Assembly (NCBI GenBank): GCA_964016885.1
Contig: OZ024741.1
Coordinates: forward strand, 162,378,001-162,442,000
Source of the DNA: Eledone cirrhosa
Taxonomy: Eukaryota
DNA: 64,000 bases
Reading direction: 5' to 3'
Positions within the stretch are counted from its first letter, which is position 1; every line of letters begins with the position of its first letter. The notes under the pieces were generated by a model that was not told the DNA's origin, did no database searches, and worked only from the letters and a program-made list of their open reading frames with translations. Position numbers and translations under genes: made by a program. This document shows, in pieces, positions 26,130-37,955 of the stretch.

Positions 26130-26360
26130 CAGAGTTAACTAAGAATACTGGAATACAATATGGAAAACACAGATGTAAACTATTTCTTTTTTCGGTCCAT
26201 GGCGTTCGAGACGTTCGGAGGAAATGGGCCCTTGAGAACGCAGATCTTATCATTGTTGACAGTTTGCCTTATCAATATATTAAATAATACCCACCAGGGT
26301 GCTTGGTTATTCCAGTGTCTTAGACTCACTATCACCCACGGCAATGCCGTTTCTTTCTAA
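26130..26360 (+). mobile_element. CRE-clade (REL endonuclease) non-LTR retrotransposon C-terminal remnant
   Basis: YFF..MAFETFGG.G...GAWLFQCLRLTITHGNAVS resembles the CRE C-terminal pattern F.P.A.ET.G..G...L.QRLS....GNA (from recall, not searched). Confidence 0.5.
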
Positions 26361-26614
26361 AAAAGTTTTAGAAGTAAACTCCAGGGCCCCTTCTGTGGTG
26401 TGTAGGTCTCCACCGATTTTTTAGTAGAGTGTGTGTGTGTATGGCAATATATATATATATATAAGGGAATAGGATTTCGCTTCAAGCATGGCTTATACAA
26501 TATGTATAGACATTTCGTATTTCGAAAGGAATACGATTTTAGGAAGCCGTAGCTATGCGAACACCGGCGGGGCTAACACCCTCTGGTGTTGTCCAGCAGA
26601 AGCAAGGGGGACAA

Positions 26615-26656
26615 CCGTCTATGCATTTCAGGCTTGACTGGCCATCATCAGGACGA
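26615..26656 (-). ncRNA. Minimal type I hammerhead ribozyme
   Basis: Minus strand: UCGUC-CUGAUGA-U-GGC cagucaa GCC-U-GAAA-UGCA-UA^GACGG. Stem I UCGUC/GACGG; palindromic AUGCAU as helix III. Confidence 0.8.
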
Positions 26657-26827
26657 TCCCTCCCACTGCTCTGCAACTGCTGGACTTCAAAACAGCCGAG
26701 AACAAATAATTTTCTCGTCTGTGTAAATGAGGTGATTAATCTCATTTGCATATGAAGCTGCATAAGTTGGCTCAACTTATAATAGAAAAGAAATAGGATT
26801 TCGTTTCAAGAATAGCTTTATACAATA

Positions 26828-27603
26828 CTAGCAGTAAAGCCCGGCGTTGCTCGGGGTCGCTCAGTAGCTGTGTTAAAGTTACAATGTTAAGTTTCTTTTT
26901 TGGCTTAAAAACTGTAATGTCTACTGTGCAGACTTGCATGTGGTGTTTTTGATTAATATTCCCTCAACCAACAATATGCCTTATGAAGTTAAGAAAACAT
27001 AACGATAACCAGAATGTTATAACAAAAGAGGATGCTGGGGATAAAAACTGCACTGGTTATTTATTAACAAAGATCGAAAATGTAAACACTGCAACGCAGA
27101 GAAAAACATTAGCGTAACCAAATTATCAGTTGTCTGTCTGCACGCCTATATCACCTCTCTGCACGACTGTCTGTCTGCACGCCTGAAATATTTGCTTGTT
27201 TTAAATAGACTTGTTTTCAAGTAAAAATATTGTTTTAAAATGCTTTTAAATGGAAATGAAGCAAAACGGAAGCTTAGTGTTCGAACTGATGAATTTTGCA
27301 GGTCAATATTTTGCTGGCTCGACAACTGTTCGTTGAGAAAGCCAGCGTAATTTTTTACGTAAGACGCTCAATGTAAACAGAACAAAGGGAAATAACTGAT
27401 AACTTACGCTCAAAAATCGATACATTATATTCGATTTCGTCACATAGGGTGGGTCAATTTGAAATATTTTTTTTTCCGATGTCTTCGCTAGGGCTCAATG
27501 TACAAGTATAGCAATTTCGGTGCAATTCCGTGAGAGATTCTAAGAGGAGATGTGTGCCAAAAATCGATAGACAGACAGACAACCACAGTTTTATATATAT
27601 AGA
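26828..27603 (-). mobile_element. Non-autonomous Helitron (776 bp)
   Basis: Minus strand starts TC and ends CTAG; subterminal hairpin CCCGGCGTTGCTCGGG; (GACA)n. Inserted between A and T with no TSD, and the empty site is preserved in the paralogous repeat (acaata|tgtataga, ~26497-26510). Confidence 0.9.
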
Positions 27604-28459
27604 TGTATAGAAATTTCGTATTTCGAAAGAAATACGATTTTAGGAAGCCGTAGCTATGCGAACACCGGGGGGTTCACGCATTTTTTTTTTGTCCCGTACA
27701 ACTTTTGCATATTAATTACATAGACCCTCTCAGTTAACCGAAGATTTTCACCTCACAATATTATATATGTGAAACCCTAAAATCTCACAGATAACATTAA
27801 GCTAAATAAATAATGTAATATACATTTATATTTTTAATATAAAGAGTGGTGTGCTCATGCGCGGATATGCTATAAAATAGGGTGAAGACCCTTAAAGACG
27901 ACCACTACTAGGAATCGAACTCTGTATCTCCCAGGTATCATACATATATCATAAACACACACACTATATATGTGTGTGTGTGTGTTTGTATGCATACATA
28001 CATGAATATATATATATATATGAAGACAGGAGATTGATAACATGAAAAATAATCTCTTTTCTTCGTATTAATTTGTGTATCTATACTCAGTTAACTACCA
28101 ACTATAGTCTCATATCATCTATGGAACGGTACTTTTCACTTTGCATAATGTATATAGATTACACCCGGATTAATTATGTATTATGGGGCAAATGACACAC
28201 ATTACATTAATAGTTTGAACGAAGAGAAATATATATACATATTATAAATTAGTCTGAAACTAGCTGTTGAAACGCAAGAGCTCAGCTGTCGGGTCCCGAC
28301 TCTTTATAATATAACAATACTCTACTACTCTACAAGTATCGAGTACTATGTTGAGTAATGGTCTAACCAGTTTCAAACTGAATCCATCCAGTTTATATAT
28401 ATATATCGACCTGCAGTATTTGTTGTTATTCATAATCAGTATGACTACATTTTCTTAGT

Positions 28460-28503
<44 letters not shown>

Positions 28504-29037
28504 TTCAAGAGTAACCAATCTTAAAGAGAGAGATGGAGATAGGAGAGAAGAGAGATTGGTGAATTAGTTAGAAGCCAAAGCGTAAAGGCATGTGTGAGAT
28601 CTGCCTCTGGGTAACAAGATGGCTGCCAATCTTGTTACTCATAGGCAGATCTCACACAATGCAGCCTCGACAGAAGAATACTGCTCGACTATGGCAGACA
28701 ATAGATATACCCAGGATACCATAGTGAAATACCAATATATGGAACATTACATTCATGTAACATTCTTTCCTTATTTTAATTTATATTCCTTTTGAAGTTC
28801 CGATGAGCTGCTCTAATTTTACCTAAGTTAATTATTTTCAACTGAACCAGATCAATAATGATCTATAATCATTTGATCCAGAAATATTATATGGAGTAGC
28901 GAAATAATTGTAAACGGACATTATTATTATTATTCTCTACATTCCTTACATCAAATTAAAATATGTTGACAATCTTTTAATAATGTCTTCCTTGTGAAAT
29001 TTGTGGTCTTGTTTTGCTTAACTAATGTATATATATA

Positions 29038-29346
29038 TATATCAACTAGAAATAGATTGACACATATATATATAAAATAAACACATGAAACAATCTCAGG
29101 GAATAATTTGTAAAGTGTGTAAGCACACATAGCTAGGTATGTAACTAATTAAAGTTGAACTAGAACTTCAAATATAGATACCTTTTAAAATGATTAAAAG
29201 GTATCTATATTTGAAGTTCTAGTTAAACTTTAATTAGTTACGTACCTAGCTATGTGTGCTTAAACACTTTACAAATTATTCCCCGAGATTGTTTCATGTG
29301 TTTATTTTATATATATATATGTGTCAATCTATTTCTAGTTGATATA
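29038..29346. repeat. Near-perfect ~310-bp palindrome (foldback)
   Basis: ~150-bp arms with few mismatches around a 5-nt loop (29189-29193). Confidence 0.95.
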
Positions 29347-30237
29347 AAATGCTCGGATCTATTCATTGAAATCTTTGAGCTTATTCTGCAGTGAATATGG
29401 CGCATGTTTCTTAGACATGACAACCTTAATTTTGTATATATATATATATATATATATACCCCAGCATGGCCTCATCCGAATGGGTGGAACAGGTAAAAGA
29501 GTAATATATATATTGATAACTTTAATTTTGCCAAAGTAAATAGAATATGCCACCGAGGAGATCATATATGGCCAAAATATGTTCGTTGGTTTCAAGACTG
29601 CATTTTCTATATTTTCTGAACATTTCAATAGTGAGTTTATTGGAATTATCTCCCTTAACTTGCGTTTCTACCAATCTATTGTGATTTTTGACCAGACTTG
29701 TAATAAAATCGTATTCTATGGTACGGACTGAGCCAGGTTTAAATTCCAAAAATGTGTCATGTGGCATGACGGCACTTCTACAACTCCACCAGAAAGAGCT
29801 TCCTGATATTGTTTGTTAATATTATGTAGTATAGAGCGATGGATTGGTAGAATCGGCAAAGCGTCGAACAACATGCTTTGCGGCACAGCGTTACGGCTCT
29901 TTACGTTCTGAGTTTAAATCCCATCGAGGTTAGCTTTGCCTTTACAGGGTCGATAAAATAAAGTACCAGTAATGCACTGGGTCGATTTAATCGATTTCCC
30001 CTTTCCCCCAAAAATTCTTGGCCTTGTGCTTAAATCAGAAATCATTATGTAGTATAAAGTGGCAATGGCAGATCAGCTATAAGAGAAGCAGACTGGAAAA
30101 TTAATGATTCACTTCATTTTTAAATGATCTTTCATTTACTAAAAAATAAAACCCTTGATAAAAGTAAGGAAATTCTTCTGAAGGCATAACAACTTTGTAT
30201 ATCTTGATACAGTGATCATTACTACTTGATTATGACA

Positions 30238-30550
30238 CAGTATGGCCGAATGGTTAAGGAGTTCACTGTGCAATCATTAAGTCCTGTGTTCGATCCCTCT
30301 ACTTGTCATTTTGGGTAAGTGCTATTTTCCATAGCCTTGAGTGAAATTTGGGAAGACGGAACCTGTTTGGAAGACTGTACTTGTAATTCAAAGGGTCAGC
30401 CTTGTCACACACTGTGTAATACTGCATCACTGAGAATTTGGTTAAGGGTACACATGTCTACAGAATGCTTAATCACATACATTTTAATTTCATTGATTGA
30501 ACAACTAGAATATTCATCATCGAAACCGACAAATGTTCATCTCATCTGAT
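30238..30550 (+). mobile_element. tRNA-derived SINE (decayed)
   Basis: TGGCCGAATGGTTAAG A box and GTTCGATCC B box, followed by SINE body; no tRNA acceptor stem. Confidence 0.65.
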
Positions 30551-32129
30551 TACTTGACGGTAAAGATATTTTGTGAACATATCAGTTAAAAATATAACTG
30601 TAAATCCTTCTCAATTTATATATAATCTCTTGATTGAAGTTAGGGCTTCGAAAAAGAAAAAAAATTATTGAAAAGATGCAAACTTCATGTTGATATCTGT
30701 AAGAATTCCAAAGCAAGAGAACAAAAAATTTCAATCAAGTCCTTCCATATATTATATCAAAAACTGATTTATTTAGGAGTGATGACTTAAGGAGTGAATT
30801 AAGTGCTGCTGGAGCAATGGTTTGAAACATTACTGCTGGGATGAAAGCTGCATGGATTAGATAAAAGTTAACTTGAATCATTGTATACAATCTGGAATCA
30901 TAAATACCTGACATGTTTTAGGATTCAAGATAGAATTGTTAAGAGTTACGGTACAAAACTGAGAAAAATAATTCAATCTTGCATCTAATTAGCTGTCTAT
31001 GTTGAAACAATGTGTTACTGTTTGACATGTCTAAAATATAATGTTACTACTGCCAGGTAGGGCTACAACCAGTGTAGCTACTGAGGTTTCACTCTGCATT
31101 GGATTGACAATGGCTGGGTGGAGAAAGTGTATGTGTGTGGGTGTGAAAGAGGGAGAGAGAGTATGTGACTACTTCGGATGAATGTTGATCAGCAGTTAAT
31201 CAAATTAATTTTAATTTGGGGGAAAATATATCAGTGTTAATAGCATATAAGTACCAACATGCTAGTTTTAAGATAGCGTATTGGTGATAATATATATGTG
31301 TGAGTGAATATATATATCATCATAATCGTTATTTAACATCTATTTTTCCATGTTTGCATAGGTTTGACAGGGTTAGGGATATATATATATATATATATAT
31401 ATCTGATGTGTGTGAGTGTAAAGTTGGTCAAGTTGCAGATTAAGAGCGATAAAGAGATGGGAAGATGTGATATAAATGTCTGTCCTAGAGGCATAAATAA
31501 CTTACATGATAAAGTTGTAATAAAAGATTGTTGGAGATGAATTCAGCCCAAGAACTTACTGAGTTTCAAACTTTGCTTTGTATTTGGATAACTCAATGAT
31601 AAATCTCAAGTGATTGACATTTACTACAGACTAGGCAGATTTAATTCTCCTACATCTTTCTATATATAAACCCTCAAAGAAAAATACAAAAACAGAAACA
31701 AAGCAAAACAAAAAAGACTGGACATCAAACTGGATACTATAGGAAAAAAATTAAATGGAATGAAATTTAAAGCTCTCACATATGTAGATTTAGCTAGCCT
31801 CCTATGAAGTTGCATCACATCGGAGGTTTCTTGGGTATTTTAATGATAGAAGCCCAAATCCTATCACACACACGATTTGTTGTTATAGCTCACATCTTTG
31901 TAGGAGGTTTTTTGTATAGCCTTACATTTATGTCATTTGAAAATGTCTGGTGCCTAATGCCCCAAAGAGATTTATTTTTGTCACAAATGTTTTCTCTAGT
32001 TGTCAGAATACACAAACACCCAGGTAAAATTGATTTGTGGAACATTTATACCTATATACAAGCAAAGAAACATTCCTTGCTTAGTCTATTTGATTTTCAT
32101 TGTGTAAATAATAATAAAAAATGCATGGT

Positions 32130-32920
32130 CTTTAATGCCTCTCCACACCATTTTTCCCTTCAGAAGGTACAACATTAAAAGAAGACTGATGGTGGCAGGA
32201 AAAACTATGCAAATAGTCAGGAAATGGCTGATGCCTACAAATCAGTAGTGTAGGAGCTGTCTGCTACTCAGGTGGCCAAATACTTTGGTGTTTGTAAAAA
32301 GTCTCTTCTGAGGAGGGTTAGAGAAGAAATTCTGATTAATGTGCATGCACTTTATCCCCTTGATCAAGAGTTGGAGCTTGCAGAATGCTTGAAACTTTTA
32401 GCATATTGGGGATGGGGCTTCAATAAGGCTGAGGTTAAGGATCTGGTTCAAGATTTTTGTACATATCATTGCATGGAGACCCCCTTTACAATCAATCACC
32501 CAGGCAGTGATTGGTTGGATGGATTTTTACGACATCTATTGCTCTCTGAAAGATAGAACAGCTGAGCTCAGCTTGGAGCCATGAGGTTGTGAGGGCCTGG
32601 TTTCATTTATTAGATAAAGAACTTTCATAGGCTGGAGTGAAGGGTGTGCCTGAACAAATATTCAATGAATTGTGTTGGTCTCCATTGCACTCCAGAGGAG
32701 ATGTAAAGGAGGAATGGATGTGCGATAACTGCACCCAATAGGCCTAAATTGGAACTAAAACTTGTGTCTTGAGCTTAATGCCCCACTTTAAAGGTGACTG
32801 TTTTAAAATAAATTTGCTGTAATTTCATTGACAACTTGTTTGTTTGTTTATCTTTCCCTCCTATGGCTTAAAAATTTTTAAAAATCAAATGTGGAGCTTA
32901 ATGCCTCCATTTGCCCTATA
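32130..32920 (+). mobile_element. pogo/Tigger-like DNA transposon remnant (HTH-psq and CENP-B-type HTH)
   Basis: SATQVAKYFGVCKKSLLRRV...ELELAECLKLLAYWGWGF..EVKDLVQDF...PGSDWLDGFL; stops and deletions; repeated ttaatgcc motifs near the ends. Confidence 0.7.
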
Positions 32921-33074
32921 TATTTAAAAAATTATTTTACAAATATTTCCAGGAGAGAATTAATTAAAAAAATATTACTGTATATACAGTAATACCTTTC
33001 TCATTTAGAACCCCCTTTTTATGTAACAAAGAGGGCGTAGGAGAGTGTATAACAGAGAAGAGTTGAATGTGGAA

Positions 33075-33630
33075 GTTATATGTTGAACCCCTATCTTGCT
33101 CAGAACATTGACCGCCTGGAAACTGTTCAGAGACGTGCAACCAAACGAATACCCTCCATCAGGCATCTACCATACTCTGAACGCCTTGCTTCACTGGGCA
33201 TAGATACATTGAAGCTCTGACGCCTGGCAACTGACTTGGTAAACACCGACAAAATTATTAACCATCTTGCCAACAACAACTCTGAGTACCTTTTTGATTT
33301 CCATGTGTCTAACACATGTGGGCATGCCCACAAAGTCAGAAAACAGCTCAGTTCCCATGACTTTCAGAAACATTTTTTCACGCTCAGAGTTTCTGAAACA
33401 TGGAACAAACTACCTGCATCAGTTGTTAGCTGTCGAGACACTGCATCCGTCCTGAGATTCACCAACAGTACACCTAATATTCCCCCTCCATACACATTCA
33501 CTCATGTATATCATGACTCATACACTATTCACTTCCCTGACATTTGTATATTATTCTATGTACTATACATGCACCTTTGATGAGTTGTAGTGCACCTGAG
33601 CACTTTACACAATAATTTCATTATTATTAT
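33075..33630 (+). mobile_element. CR1-type LINE 3' fragment with (ATT)n tail
   Basis: IDRLETVQRRATKRIPSIRHLPYSERLASLG, RKHFF-like, RVSETWNKLPASVV; ends ttattattat. Confidence 0.88.
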
Positions 33631-36612
33631 AGTCCTATATGAGCGAGACACGGTTACCCGACCAACCTTGCCTCGAGTGGGACAACTCCCGTCTAAGCCA
33701 TGCTAGCGTGGAAGATGGATGTTAAACGATGATGATGATGATTATACAAAAACAGTGGTGCTCTTTGTAAACATGAGAAAATATTCCAACGAAAAATTCT
33801 AAATTGCAAGATTTGATAAGGCACTTGTTCACTAATTAATTAATTAATCAATCAATCAGTCATCATTCGTTGTTAAAATGAATTTTAGCTTTTTCTTTAT
33901 TATTTTCAAATATCGAATTAAATTATAGTTTAGTTTAATTTTATTTTATTTCATGTTGTTTAGAAATGGAATGGACATCCATAGGTTTCAATGATGAGTT
34001 TCATGTTATTCAGTCAATGGAACAACCTGTTCATTAAATTAACATGGCTGAGCCTTTAACAGAAATATGTATCCTTAACACTTTAGCATTTACATTACTT
34101 TATATATACTATTGTATTTTTGCGGTAAAGGCTTTATCTTACATAATTAACTCACATAATATCGAATCTATGAGATTTTGATGTTATTTATTTTGAGAAC
34201 CATACTTTAATGTCAGTATGAGTGGCCAGTTACAGCTGGCTTGAACAGAAAGAGGTGAAAGAATTCTGGCTGGATTCGGCTGGTTTAAGTGCATTACTGG
34301 TGCTTTATTTTATCGATCCTGTAAGGATAAAAGGCAATGCTAACCTTGGTGGGATTTGAACTCAGAACTTAAAGGGCCAAATAATATCAATAGTAGAATA
34401 GAAGAGAAGAGATATATAGATGATGTGAGGGCAAAGAAAAAAAAAAACCCAAAAGAGAATTAATGTTTTGCTGCAACAGGAGACATTTTGTGTAGATTTA
34501 AGGTGTATCTGTTGCTGGGCCTTCGTCATTTCTGAGGATGAATGTTCCAGCTGATTTCACCAATAGCGCAGCCTACCCATGAATTTAAAGTGCAAGTGGT
34601 CGAGAATTCCACTGGCATGTATACCTTTAATGTAGTTCTCAGGTAGATTCAGTGTGACACAGAATGTGACAAGGCTGGTTCTTTGAATTACAGGTCATGT
34701 TTTCCAGCTGAGTGTACTGGAGCAAAGTGAAATATAGTGTATTGCTCATGCTGCTGGGAATCAAACTCATGACGTTATGATTGTGACCTAAACACTAAGC
34801 TATGCATCATCACAAACAAGATAATAAACCTGATTCACTTAGACATTTGATTATAACTTATCTTGAAGGATTCAAACACAGAAACATGAAGAACTGAACC
34901 AAGTTTTCTTCTCTGGCACAGTATTGACAGTGGGAAGACATGTGGCCAAGTGGTTAAGGTGTTGTACTAACAATTATAATGTCATGGGCTCAATTCCTGG
35001 ACTGTGTGTTGTGTTGTGTTCTTGAGCCAATACTTTCACATTGCTCCAGTACACTCAGATAAAAAAATAGTACAATCAGTAGCTGGGGATTAGCCCTGCA
35101 ATGGACTGATGTTCTGTCCAAGAAGGATTTTTGTACTCTCAGTTGCTTAACTCCAATGTAACTGGGATAATCAGCTTGATGAACCCCTGATGTTGGAACA
35201 GACTTTAACCTTGCAATGTACTGGCATTCTATTCCAAATAATAATGTTTCTACTTTTGGCACAAGGCCAGCAATCACCCCAGTGCATTACTGGTGCTTCA
35301 TTTTATCAACCTCGTAAGGATGAAAGGCAAAGTTAACCTGGCGGGATTTGAATTCAGAATGTAAAGGGTTATAACTCCTCTCTTGCAAAGCATGGTGTCT
35401 GACACTCTACCGATACTGTCAAACCTCCGCCCTACTCCAAATAATAATGATGATGATTTCTATCAAAGGTACAATGCTACAAATTTTCAGAGGATGGGTT
35501 AATTAATGACTCTGGTACTTTATTTTATTGACCTTGAAAAGTTGAAAAGGTAAAAATCAACCTCACCAGAATTTGACACAGAACATAAAGAGACATAACT
35601 AAATGTCTGTTGCTCTACCCATTCTACCAATTGAAAGTCTTAATAATAATAATAATGGTTTCTGATTTAGGCACAAGGCCAACAATTCTGGGGGAGGGGA
35701 AAGTCGATTAAATTGACTCCAGTGCATTATTGGTACTTTATTTTATCAACGCTGTATGGATGAAAGGCAAAGCTAACCTCAATGGAATTTGAACGCAGAA
35801 CAAAGGGCCATAACTATATGCCACAATGCATGTTGTCCGGTACTAACAATACTGCCAATTCAGCATCCTAATCATTATTATTATTATTCACAGTTACGTC
35901 CCTTTACAAACCGAGTTCAAATCCCGCCGAGGTTAACTTTGCCTTTCATCCTTACGGGGTCGATAAAATAAAGTACCAGTAATGCACTGGGTAATTGCTG
36001 GCCTTGTGCCAAAAGTAGAAACAATTATTATTATTACTGCCAATCCACTGCCCCATAATAATAATAATAATAATAATTATCATTGTGAATCTACAAAGAG
36101 TTATTGGTGAAGAGTGGTCTGTTTGAAAGTTGAAGGAAAAGTAATTTGAGATTCATGGACAGGGTTTAAGGTAAGGTATGGCTAATGTATGAAACTTATA
36201 TTAATGTGCTATACATATAGTAGTTACATATATGTCCACAACAGTTCTAGATAAGGAAGTAAATGGCATTCACAACACCTGTAGTTTTGTATTTAACAGC
36301 TTATACCAATGTAATCTACAACAACTTAAGATCTTTATGTAGCAGTATATGTTACAACATTCAAAGGTATGTTATCATTGTGTTGTTTACAAAAGCATCA
36401 AAACTGCTACTTCATGTTGTCTACAATAACACCACCCAGTGCATTCTGCAATTGATGGCACTGGAATGAAAAAATGTACCCAGTAAATCGGTTTAGTGGT
36501 TGTCACCAGGAAGGGCATCTAGCTGTAGAAACCATGCCAAACTGGAACATATAAGCAAGTTGTAGTCATCCGACATGCCTAGTCTCAGCATGGAAAGCAT
36601 ATCAAACAGTGA

Positions 36613-36661
<49 letters not shown>

Positions 36662-36699
36662 AAGTCCAATGATTCTTAACCTGATGCTCAGTGAAGAAT

Positions 36700-36740
<41 letters not shown>

Positions 36741-36969
36741 TCAGTTATTGATGGTTCCAATAAGAATTCTTTCTTCCCCATATGAAACCATGGTAGGGCG
36801 ATCTATATATAAGCGAGTCTAGATAATTATTTTTTTTGTCTATCTGGTTTGTACTCCCATAATAGAGTTTTTCTCAATTAAATTTAATATATAATATTGC
36901 TTCTCTGAGTGATTTCTCTCATTGAGTTGTTTAAGTATTAGAGACTAATTAACCTTCAATTAATATATA

Positions 36970-37630
36970 TATATATATATATAAACAAATAGTAGATTTG
37001 AAAAATATTTTTTCAGTAGAAAATGTTGAAGAGATATTTTTAGTGAAATTTCAAAGCATTAATTTATTTACAATACCAGTTTCAGCATTAAATGCATTGT
37101 CAATTGCAGATATGCAGAATATTGTTAAGTTGCATATTTGTACAAATAGTGGTAATAATGATAATAACAAAATAAAATATAGAGAGGGAAGAAAAGTTAA
37201 TTTTCACATCAGAAGAAATCATCAACCTTGTATCCACTATTCAAAGGGCCCCACATAGCAGTCTACAGCCACAACAACCATTCCCTGTCTCCTCCCCCTC
37301 CTCCTTCTTCTCTCCTGCTTCTACCATCTCCAGTCACAACAAAGCCATTAGCAGAGAAGGATGGACAGATAAATTTACTTTCTTCTCTGAAGGATCAAGT
37401 ATGTGAAAATTAACTTTTTCCCTCTCTATATTTTTTTTGTTATCATTATTTTCACTATTTGTACAAATATGCAACTTAACAATATTCTGCATATCTGCAA
37501 TTGACAATGCATTTAATGCTGAAACCGGTATTGTAAATAAATTAATGCTTTGAAATTTCACTAAAAATATCTCTTCAACATTTTCTACTGAAAAAATCTT
37601 TTTCCTTTCTACTATTTGTTTATATATATA
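36970..37630. repeat. Long inverted repeat (~235-bp arms, ~190-bp spacer)
   Basis: The same translated sequence appears on opposite strands in the ORF track (36998+, 37334-); flanked by (TA)n. Confidence 0.95.
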
Positions 37631-37955
37631 TCAACTCGTGTGTTACATTTCTACACTTGTTATATACACACACACACTACTTAGATATTGAATTCTCTAA
37701 CAAAAGTAACCATCCCTAGTATTATATATCATAATGGGACCACCAAGTTCCATACTGTCAATGTGGTTGGAGTTAGGAAGGGCATCCAGCTGTAAAAAAT
37801 TGACCATAATACAGTTCCGGTTGAGCAAGGTACAATGTGGCCAAAAGGCCAGACTTGCCTCATAGTTTCCGTCAAATGGGTTGTCCACGCTAAGACATTA
37901 AGAGATGATGATAAGAGATGTCAACATGAATGGACTTATTATTTTTATCTAAAGA

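Larger units (their letters stand above)
26468..27672 (-). mobile_element. Hammerhead-bearing partial tandem repeat (Penelope pLTR / retrozyme-like, 324-bp unit), interrupted by a Helitron
   Basis: ~105-bp direct repeats start at 26468 and 26792; a minimal hammerhead lies between them; the element abuts (TA)n. Confidence 0.7.

Noticed and set aside
29522-29767. 81-aa minus-strand ORF as a host exon
   Set aside because: No recognisable motif or partner exons; cannot be supported without a search.
30241-30302. tRNA gene
   Set aside because: Has A and B boxes but no acceptor stem, and continues into SINE body.
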